Shown here: piece after piece, positions 27,100-37,745 of the stretch
Layout: the number at the start of each line of letters is the position of its first letter
How positions within the stretch are numbered: position 1 is the first letter of the stretch
Source of the DNA: Antechinus flavipes
Lineage: Eukaryota
DNA length: 64,000 bases
Assembly: GCF_016432865.1 (NCBI RefSeq)
Contig: NC_067402.1
Span: forward strand, 61,008,001-61,072,000
Direction: 5' to 3'
Translations under genes and position numbers: made by a program
Notes under the pieces: model-generated
What the model saw: only the letters and a program-made list of their open reading frames with translations
The model's database searches: none
What the model was told of the DNA's origin: nothing

Positions 27100-29190
27100 A
27101 GAGCTGTTAAAACTGGATAAACAGATTTGAGGATCATCTGCATAATGATTATAACTGAAATTAGTAGGCTCAAGCTGGATGAAGATCCAGCCAAGGAAAG
27201 ACTAAGAAAGAGCAGTGAGGAGGAAAACTAGGAGAGATCAATGTCAAAAAAACCAAGAGAGAAGAGTGTTAACAAGGAGAAGAAAATGATCGACATTGCC
27301 AAAGGCTAGAAAAAGTTCAAGAAGAATTAGGCATGGACCCACACTTAACATCATATACCAAGATAAGATCAAAATGGGTCCGTGATTTAGGCATAAAGAA
27401 CGAAATCATAAATAAATCAGAGGAACATAGGATAGTTTACCTCTCAGACTTGTGGAGGAGGAAGAAATTTGTGACCAAAGAAGAACTAGAGATCATTATT
27501 GATCACAAAATAGGAAATTTTGATTACATCAAATTAAAAGCCTTTGTACAAACAAAACTAATGTAAACAAAATTAGAAGGGAAACAACAAACTGGAAAAC
27601 ATTTTTACATTTAAAGGTTCTGATAAAGGCCTCATTTCCAAAATATATAGAGAATTGACTCTAATTTATAAGAAATGAAGTCATTCTCCAATTGATAAAT
27701 GATCAAAGGATATGAACAATTTTCAGATGATGAAATTGAAACTATTTCCACTCATATGAAAGAGTGTTCCAAATCACTATTGATCAGAGAAATGCAAATT
27801 AAGACAACTCTGAGATACCACTACACACCTGTCAGATTGGCTAAGATGACAGGAAAAAATAATGATGAATGTTGGAGGGGATGTGGGAAAACTGGGACAC
27901 TGATGCATTGTTGGTGGAATTGTGAATGAATCCAATCATTCTGGAGAGCAATCTGGAATTATGCCCAAAAAGTTATCAAATTGTGCATACCCTTTGATCC
28001 AGCAGTGCTACTACTGGCCTTATACTCCAAAGAGATACTAAAGAAAGGAAAGGGACCTGTATGTGCCAAAATGTTTGTGGCAGCCCTGTTTGTAGTGGCT
28101 AGAAACTGGAAAATAAATGGATGCCCATCAATTGGAGAATGGCTGAATAAATTGTGGTATATGAATGTTATGGAATATTATTGTTCTGTAAGAAATGACC
28201 AGCAGGACGAATACAGAGAGGCTTGGAGAGACTTACATGAACTGATGCTGAGTGAAATGAGCAGAACAGGAGATCATTATATACTTCAACAACAATACTG
28301 TATGAGGATGTATTCTGATGGAAGTGGATTTCTTCGACAAAGAAAAGATCTAACTCAGTTCCAATTGATCAATGATGGACAGAAGTAGCTACAACCAGAG
28401 AAGGAACACTGGGAAATGAGTGTAAACTGTTTGCATTTTGGTTTTTCTTCCTGGATTACTTTTACCTTCTGAATCCAATTCTCCCTGTGCAACAACAGAA
28501 TTCTTGTCTGGTTCTGCAAACATATATTGTATCTAGGATATACTGCGACATATTTAACATATATAGGACTGCTTGCCATCTGGGGGAGGGGGTGGAGGGA
28601 AGAAAGGGAAAAGTCGGAAGAGAAGTGAGTGCAAGGGATAATGTTATAAAAAATTACCCAGGCCTATGTTCTGTCAATAAAAAGTTATAATTTTTTAAAA
28701 AAATGAAATCATAGGTCCAGGAAACATCTCTATCCCTTAAACAGGGACAACAAAAAAATGAAATTAAAAACTGTTTGTGCCTATAAAACTCCCAATCTAA
28801 ACTCCCCCGGTTTTGTCATAGCTATATAAATTTGATGCATATATTTAAGTTCTAAGAATCATACTATGCTTTCACTTAAACTTTGGGATTTTCATTAAGT
28901 TTGTTTTGAGAAAGATGTTCATCTTTATGTAGCATTATCCCTTCCACATCAAGGATATTGAAGGTAAAATACTCGCATGATCTGGAAATCTATGTAAAGT
29001 TTTTTGGCTCTCCCTGTGTAGAAGAGAAGAAGTCTGAGTTATTATGGTATTAAAAATAAAATATGTTGATACTATACCCAAAAAAAAGTTCAAGAAGGAT
29101 GACATTAGAGTTATTGACTAAGATCACTGGTAACTTCAGAGAGAACAGGTTCAGTTGAACAAAGAGGTCAGAAGGCAAACTGCAAAAAAT
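27100..29190 (-). mobile_element. L2 fragment split by the L1/transduction insertion (halves ~27100-27324 and 29083-29190)
   Basis: ggctagaaaaagttcaagaag|gatga...agatcactggtaacttcagagag follows the recalled L2 sequence GGCTGCAGAGAGGTCAAGAAGGATGA...AGATCATTGGTAACTTTGGAGAG across the junction. Confidence 0.75.
27325..29082 (+). mobile_element. 5'-truncated L1 (27325-~28703) plus ~375-bp 3'-transduced sequence; TSD AAAAAGTTCAAGAAG (27310-27324 / 29083-29097)
   Basis: L1 ORF2 remnants and 3'UTR with the element's own AATAAA and A-run, then non-L1 DNA, a second AATAAA (29055-29060), a short A-tail and the second TSD copy. Confidence 0.85.
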
Positions 29191-29927
29191 TTTAAAGTTT
29201 TTATTATATGTGTACTAAAAAAACCCTAAATAAATCCTTCCCTTCTCTCCCCACAGCTTCAATCCTGTCTGTAAAAATTTCATAACATAGCTGAGAAATT
29301 TGAGAGCTCACTAATACATCCTTAAACCATGAATTCCATAGGGACATAAGACTTCCCTAGTTCATCAGCTATTGAAATGGTCGGCCATCATTAGTTTCAT
29401 CAAAGTAGCAAAATTCCAACTACATCATTTTGCTTGCAGAAATGCTGAAACAATCATATAGCTTAAGACTTTTTTTTTTTTTTTGGCATCATCAAGGTTT
29501 TCTACAATTTTCATTGTTGCACTGTACAAAATGAGTCAAGCTGCCAATTGGCTCCAATAATGTATTTTTAAACATTTTCCTACTATTTAAATATGCAATT
29601 TTGTGCTTTTCAAGTTCAATAGTTGTATTGTCACCGGTAAATAAATAAAATTTAACCAGACATGTATCAAATAATTCAAAGTCTACATTTTTAAAAATCA
29701 TATAAAATCTTTGTTAACTTTGAACATGTAATTTTTTTTTCTTTTTCTGTGAATTGGCAGCTTGACTTATTTTGTTCAGTGCAACAATGCAAATTCAGTA
29801 TACCCTTTAAAAAACCATAGACAGTTTTTCTATATGTATGAAGGGTGAGGAAGTGCTACATGATTAATAAATCAGTAAATCCACTACCAATATCTAATAC
29901 AAATTGGTCTCATAAAATTTAAGTATT

Positions 29928-30080
29928 AAGAGCAGCTAGTTGGTGCAATAGATAGAATACCAGCCCTGAAGTCAAGAGGGACCTGAGTTCAAATCCGACC
30001 TCAGATACTTAACACTTCCTAGCTGTGTGACTCTGGGCAAGTCATTTAACCCCAACTGCCTCAGCAAAAGAAAAAAAAAA
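29928..30080 (+). mobile_element. WSINE1-like tRNA-derived CORE-SINE
   Basis: gcagctagttggtgcaatagatagaa (A box)...gagttcaaatcc (B box)...ctgggcaagtcatttaacccc, then an A-tail. Confidence 0.88.
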
Positions 30081-31993
30081 TGTATTAAACCCATTATATT
30101 GGAACAAATATCAACGAAACAGAGTAAAGTATCATTATTCCTACTAAATGACAGTATCAAGTATTTTCTCAGAAAATAGGTCTTCCTTTAAGGAAGAGAA
30201 AACTAAACAAAAAAAAAATTTATTAACATCATCATCCACACTGATTTAACAGTTCAGGACATATGAAGTATCTTACAAACTTTCTTAGTCACATTAACTT
30301 TTGGAACATAAATGTTAAAACAAGAACATAAAAACACTGATACACTGCAAAGTATGTCCCCATCCTTAGTTCTCCCTATTTATGCAATAGCTGCTTTAAC
30401 ATTCCTCCATCAAATGACATACCAAAGAAAGTTCTTTAAAGTAGTAAGGTATCTATGATCAATCCAGTGACTAATAATAATTCCAGAAAAACTGGAAATG
30501 AATTATGCTTCCCCTCTCTTGGCACATTCAAATGTGTGTATTTATTTTGTATGACTATATGTACTTGTATAAAGAAGGGTGTTTTGGGTAGGAGAAAGCT
30601 GGGGGCAATGGGAGGTAGTAATTGTAACACAAACAAAAAGAAAAAAACAACAATGAATCTTTTTTTTTTTTTTTAATAGAAGAGAATAGGAGTTTCAGGA
30701 GGCACACACAAATAGAATTGGCATTACCATGTTAAATGTGAAACATACACATATATACATACATATATACACACATATTCTTTTGTCCTTCCTCCCAAAA
30801 GGTATTACACAGTAGATTCATAATTTTATATGTAGTCATCTTTTTTTCTATCAAGAAATTTCATGTTTTTCAAATTTATTATAAAAAGGACAATTAAAAA
30901 TCTTATCAAGATGTAATTAGTTAAATTTACATTGCAGCTATAATACATATTTGAGTATAGAGACTGGATCTTTGATTTCATTAATATAAAGAACCAACTC
31001 TTTCACTGCTTTAGGAACTTCCATAGTGTGAATCATATAAAAGGGCTGAGAGGCTAAATAACTAAAGTATGATCGGGCAAATTTACTACTAAAGCTGGAG
31101 GAATACGCCATAGAGTACAACTGATGGTTCATCATCAGAAACTGCTTTCACTTTATTTGTGAAAATGACAAGAAAGAAGCATTATTATTTGTACTGCCAC
31201 ACTATAACCAAAGGATCATAAAACCTTTTCATTTGACTTGCAGCTGAAATTTCCCAAACATGCTGTCTCCCCATTAGAATGTGAACTCCTTGATAAAAAA
31301 AACTGTCTTATATTTTCTCTTTGTATCCCAGTATTTGGCAGTAAAATGTAATTGGGTAATGTTTTAATAAAATATAATGTTTGTATGTGGTTTTTCTAAA
31401 TCATTATGTCGCAGGAAGTCCTTCAACTGATCCTTATTTGATAACGGACTTAAAATCTTTCACCACATGCTTGTTCTTCTAAGGATGCTATTTACCTTAT
31501 CAAGTGTCTTTGTTAAACTGTGGTCTATTTATATAAAAGAGTTTCTTTGGGCAAAGTATGGAAGAGAGGTTAAGGTCCTCAAAAGATGGAAGCAAATAAA
31601 CACAGGTTTTTGTTGAAACAATGGACAAAGAGGTACAATAAACTTTTATAGTCTTATATGTTTTCCAGAAAAAAAAAGGACGCATAGTCCTCTTTGCTTT
31701 ATTAAAAATGCACACATCATAAGCAAAGCCCTTCTCTCTGAGATACTAGTGGGAACCTGAGATAGCTAATTTTTATTCTAAGAAGGATATTAAAACATCA
31801 GATGACATAGTAGAATACTTTTCCAAGAGAATAAAGTCATTTCTACCTTTCCCTGTTGATAGGTCTCATTCCAACCTTGATAGAAAATCACTTTCAGGAC
31901 CGTTAAAGAATAATACACCACTAACTACACATTTCCTTCTCTTGCTTGTCAGAGACCTTTGCAGCAAAGAGCAGTCTAGAAAATATAAAACAC

Positions 31994-32074
31994 AAAAGGA
32001 GAAATGGTGTCTTGTAAAAATAAAAGCAGAAACTCAAACTGCTTTTACTTTTACAAGACACCATTTCTCCTTTT
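31994..32074. repeat. Inverted repeat: 36-bp arms, 9-nt loop, one mismatch
   Basis: AAAAGGAGAAATGGTGTCTTGTAAAAATAAAAGCAG-aaactcaaa-CTGCTTTTACTTTTACAAGACACCATTTCTCCTTTT. Confidence 0.97.
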
Positions 32075-34159
32075 CATAAATAAATAAATAAAAGTTTCAT
32101 ATTTAAATAAATGCTGTTTGGCTTTCCCTTCTAGACTTTAAGTCCTTTCCAGAAGTGAAAAGAAAAGGAAAAAAAATTGAGGTAAAGATGGTATAATATT
32201 TGGATTATAAGCTCTTGTATTAACTATTTTGTATATTATATATTTATACTTATTCACTTTATATTTATGCTATAAATATGTATATACCTGTCCTCCCCCA
32301 TTTGAATGTAAGTTTATAACACATAAGTAGATGCTTAATAAATATTTATTGATTAATTGGGTTTAAGGTTTAAACTATCCAGGGAGAAGGGAACAGAAAA
32401 AACATCTCAAATTACCATTTCCCCAAGTCTATAAATACAAATATTTCATTAGGAAATTATATCAAACAAGATGGAGCAGTTAATTCACTGGCTTATGTGA
32501 ATGGAGACTACTCTTAGGAGAACTATAATATTATTCATGAACTGAACATAAGAGGAATTCACCTACATGGCAGCATTAACAACTGATAACTGAAAACCAG
32601 AAAGTGATCAACTCTCACTACCCAAAAAGAAAAAAAATCACAAAGTTCATACTCTAGAATTAATGTGCTTTACTCATGCTTTCATTCATGTGAAAACACA
32701 GTTCATCTAAGTATATTACTTAATTCTATGCTTTCTTAACCCATCCCAGATTTGAATGAGCAGAGTAATGTGGGGTTAGTAAAAACAGACAAGCATCAAG
32801 AAGTAAAAGTATGGTTAAATCAAAGTGTGGAGTAGAAAAATCACTGAAGAACATCAGCATCTAAAAAGCACCTGCTGCCTTCTACTTAGACTGATCAGTC
32901 CTGAGAAGCTTATATCAATGTGTTTCTGATGCTAATGCTTAATGTTCCAAAATGTATGGAGAAGGCAAGCATTAACTGACAGAATTACTGCAAAGACCAT
33001 AAATCTGGGTACTCTGTCCTAGTTCTTCTCTCCCTTACAAAGCATACCAACCACTATTTCTAAGGGTACAGGAAATTTAAAATAAGTTGTCTAGAGTTCC
33101 AAAATATTTCAAGAACATATAGAGAATTTTGCTACATGTACCACATACACTCAAACATATAAACAGTCATATATCATGCTTTTTTAAAGTCATATCGCTT
33201 CCAATTTTTCATTATGTCTACAAATTTCAATACTACCTTCCTTAATCACATATCTAAATAAATACTCTTTTTCAAGTCGGGCAATTTCAGTAATGAGTGC
33301 TAGAATGAGAGATGGGGAAGGGAAGAAACCAAATAATTTTTAAAGTCATAATTAGAGAATAAACTTTTTTTTATTCAAACTGAGGGAAGGAAAAGAGGAA
33401 GGAGAAAAAAAAAGCAAAGTAGTGAAATGAAATATTAGGTTACATATTCATTGAATTTCAAGATTCAAAGGTAGTTTTCATGGATAGTACACTACCTGTG
33501 GAGGGAGGGCAGAAGGGCAGAGTACACAGCTTAGTCTAAGGAACTTGAGCATTGGATTCAAGCTTTGAAAATTAAGTTTTTTGTTTTCTGATTTAAAAGA
33601 TATTTATTATGTCTTAAAGGCTTATTTGCCAAAAAAATCTTACAAAAAGTCTTTCCTCTAAAGAAGTAATTAACTTCTCACACTACAAATCTTACAAAGA
33701 CTCAAGATGCTAGGTTTGGGAACTTTTCCTATCCAGACACAATGTCTTTTTACTTTATTTTACAATTAAAAACTCTGAAGTAAGCTGACTTGCTACCTTG
33801 TTTCTTTATATACTAAGCAATGTTCTAGAAGACTGACTAGTCCTCAAACAGAGGTATTACACTGCAGGCTAAAACACAAGAGAATGAGAAATTGGGAGTC
33901 TCTTCTACATAAGGGTCTTATCCAAAACCTGAATACAACCATTTACCCATGCCTCAAGTTCCCCCAAGGCTTTTCAACTAATTCTCATAGTGCAGGCTGT
34001 CTGGGCCCCTCCCTAGCCCAGTCACTCTCTTTTGGTTGTGCTTATGTTGCAATAAGAATTTCCCAAAAGAACTATCCAAGAATGGGATTGTCTACTTCAA
34101 GGAGTAAATGAGTCCTCCCTCAGCACGGACCTTTAAGCAAAGGCAGATGGACACTAAGT

Positions 34160-34525
34160 GTCAGGTATGTCATGCTGATGATTCTCAAATCTACTTAATC
34201 CTATCTGTCCCAAACACTCTATGAACCTCCAAGCTCACATCTTCACCTGCCTGTTAGACATCTCAAATTGAATGTCCAGAAAATATTTCCAATTCCATTA
34301 TTTCCAAACAGGAGAATGAGAGAGAGTACAGAGTTCAAGACGACTTCTTGCTTATGAATCTCAAAAATTGGGGAGGATGGTGTTGTCCTCCACAGTGAGA
34401 GGAAACAAAGAAGCTGGGGAAACTTCAGGGAAAAAGGTGAGTTCAGTTTTAGAAGTATTTATGTCCAGACACCTTAAACTCAACATGATCAAAATGGAAC
34501 TCACTTTTTCCTCCTAAATCTCCCA
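34160..34525. mobile_element. Three L2 pieces from one consensus region in +/-/+ orientation
   Basis: ~34160-34309 (+), ~34306-34466 (-) and ~34462-34523 (+), all from the AACATGTCCAAAACTGAACTC region of L2. Confidence 0.6.
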
Positions 34526-34532
34526 TGATCTT

Positions 34533-35560
34533 ACCAATGGAGTGAGACGAGGCTGTGTGTTTGCTCCCATGCTTTTTTTTTTTTTTTTTTTTTTTTTTTG
34601 CATGATGGTTTCAGCTATGTTGTCAAACACCTTCTTGAGGACAAGCATGGAATCAAAGTCAGCTACTGAACTGATGGTACATTCTTCAACTTGAAAAGGC
34701 TATCAGCCAATACTAAAGTGGAGGGAGCATTGGTACATGATTTTTCGTTCATAGATGATTGCTTTCAGTGTAGTCTCTGAAATGCTGAAATGCAACAAAG
34801 TATGGATCAATTCTCTGCTACCTAAGCTAAGTTTGACCTAACAATTAACACCAAGAAAACACAGGTCCTCCATCAGCCAGCACTATGCCATCCAAATATG
34901 GAACCATCAGTTACAGCAAATGGAAGAGTTTTGAATTACCCTGGCAGTATACTTTTCAGGGATGTCCACATTAATAATGAGATTGGCACATGCGTTGCCA
35001 GAGTTAGCTCAGTGTTTAGGAGGCTCCAAAGGAAAGTGTGGGAGTAGAGAGGTATTAGACAGCACCAAACTGAAGGTCTGAGAACCATTGTGCTGACCTT
35101 CTTGTTCTTGACCTGTGAAACCTGGACACTGTGCCAGGGCCATGCCAGGAAACTGAATTGCTTCCACTTGAATTGTCTTGGGAAGATTCTGAAGCTCACC
35201 TGGCAGAACTAAACAAGACACTGAGTACCTCTCTCCAAGTAAATTGCCAAGCATTCCAACTCTATTGCAAAGAGCACAACTCCACTAGGTTGGCCACACT
35301 GTCGGAATGCCAAATGTACGCTTGTCAAAAAAATTTATTTTATGGAGAACTCACATAGGGCAAGTACTCATGTGGTGGTCAGAAAAAAGGATACAAGAAC
35401 ACTCTCAAAGTCTCTCAAGAATTTTAGAATCAATTGTATGATGTGGGAAATGCTGGTACAGGGCCTCCCGGCATGGCATGCCCTCATCAGAGAAGGTGCT
35501 ATACTCTAATAACAAAACAGAACTGAATTAGCCCAAAGGAAACATGAGATGTGTAAAATT
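34533..35560 (+). mobile_element. RTE-clade LINE fragment, same subfamily as 9960-11225
   Basis: Colinear similarity over ~1 kb, including gagacgaggctgtgtgtttgctccc and gccaatactaaagtggagggagcattgg. Confidence 0.88.
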
Positions 35561-37399
35561 AGATGTGTAAAAAAAAGACACTTCTCTTTCTTCAAGTACT
35601 TGCACATCCATTAACAAAATAATTTACTGAAAGATTGCAGAATAACTTACTTCATTTTTCAAGTAAAACTTACCTTTGGAATATTAAATACAAAAGATAT
35701 TTTTATTTTTAAATGAAGGAGAAAAATCACTGATACTCAAAAAGAAGGGAGTGCTACAGGTAAGGGAGAAAATTTATGAAAATGCCTATAGGACAAAAAT
35801 AGCACTTTTTTTTCCTAAATAACTCAAAAATCTTACCACTGGGGTAGAGCTGGCAATCACATTTTGCTCAGGGACAAAAGAAAAAAGAATATGAAAGTAA
35901 AATGCTATATGATTCCATCGGGGGCATTTTAAAGTTGATTTTTTTTTTCATGTGAGGCTGAAATGAGTATCCAAGAAGCTCAGGTAAGAGAAAGAGGAAA
36001 CTTTTCAGAAAAACTAGGGAACAGCCCTTCTGAGAAACAGTTGTTAAATTAACTGCTGATTTAACTTTTGGTAATGACCCACGGCAAGCCCTATATTCCT
36101 CCCAATTAACAAAAGAGAAACAAATGACTATCATACTGCATAAGAATTATAATTCTTCTGCTAAATATTTTATGATTCACATTTAAAAGAGTCAGTTTTA
36201 CTACTGACTTAAATCACATCACATAACCTTAAGTTCTTATGTATCTGAATAGCACAATTCTAGACTACTAAAAGTACTTTTAAAATCGTGGCTTTATTTG
36301 CCACTAGAAAACAGATACACAATTAAACATGTTCAAAGAATTTATCAGCTTTTCACCAAAGAGCTTTTATTAAGCACCAATATGGTACTAGGCACTGTCC
36401 TAGGTACTAAGGACCTGATTTTCTAGAACTATAACAAACTAGGGGTTAGGGGCAGAAGGTGATAAAACAAAATATATACAATATAAATATATACAAATAA
36501 ATGCAAAGTAGTTAGAAAGGGAGGGAGTGATCAAGAAATTGGGATGATTAAGAAAGGATTCACATAAAAGACAGAGAGGAACACAGGGTTTATTTCTATA
36601 TTTTTTGTAAAGTGATAAAAAAAAAAGGAAAAAATGGTATTAGGAGTCCTAGTTCTTAAAACAGCTATAAACTGTTGATATTCTAGGTGTGAGATCTCTA
36701 CCAATCAATAAGGTTGCTGAAAAAAAGCTACTTATCAAAAATGACTTTCTAGTAGTTTCTCTTATGTGCGAAGATGATACAAAATCCTTAACAGAAACAC
36801 AAAACCAACTCTGATGAAATACCCTCTGATTACTAATATGAAGCACAGACTAAAAGAGGGAGCACAGGTTTGCCAAAGAGTGTTCATCACTGCTACAGAG
36901 GATGCCCTGTACAATGTCCACATAGAGAAGATATTCTATCTGGAGAGTTCTATAGATACTCCTAAATTCAGATAACACTATGCTTACTGCCTATCTTATG
37001 CATCAGAAAACTTTAAGCCTCAGTCACCTTAACTTGAAAGTGGTCTAGATATCTAAATATGGGAAAAAAAAAAAAAAAACCAAAACTAAAGTAGAACTCA
37101 TTGTGCAAATTATGGCATTTAATTAGATGGACAATCTTTTAAAATAATCTAGTTCTTCCATTAGAAAGTAAGCTTATGAGAGTAGGTATTATTTCATTCT
37201 TTGCATAACAGAAATATTCGTAGCATATGTTCTGGGGCTACTTTTGCAAACTAGAAAGACTTTGATCCCAAGCAGTAATCCCCACTTCTCTTCAAGGTTC
37301 TAGGGGAACCTTGGAGTATGATAAGGAGACTCTTTTCAATGCTACTACTCCCAAGTCCCTACCAGTTTCCTCTAATTGTTTGACATATTTAACTTTTTG

Positions 37400-37745
37400 A
37401 AATGAGTATTTAGCAGATCGAAGCATAGTATTTTTGTTTGTTTGCTTTTTCTTCCTTGTGGAACTTTCCCTTTTGATATGATTTTTCTAATTAAACATGA
37501 CAAATATGGAAATATATGTTTAAAAGGATTGCACATGTTCAATTTATATCATATTATTTACTGTCTTGGGGAGGGAGGTGGAAAGGGGGAGGAAGAAAAA
37601 ATTTGGAACAGTCTTACAAAAATGAATGTTGAAAACTATCTTTACATGTATTGGGAAAACTAAAATATTACTGAAAAGAAAAAAAAAACTATCTTTCCAT
37701 GTGTTTGGAAAAATAAAATTCCACTGAGAAAAAAAAAAAAAAAGA
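37400..37745 (+). mobile_element. L1 3'UTR remnant with a tandemly repeated terminal ~55 nt
   Basis: Typical L1 3'UTR (gaagcatagtatttt...aatgttgaaaactatctttacatgtattggg) followed by a second copy of the terminus and a second A-tail. Confidence 0.75.

Noticed and set aside
31994-32074. Resemblance of the hairpin arm (AAAAGTAAAAGCAGTTT) to MADE1/miR-548 sequence
   Set aside because: The match is short and AT-rich, there is no TA target duplication, and Hsmar1/MADE1 is a primate element. I do not assign the family.
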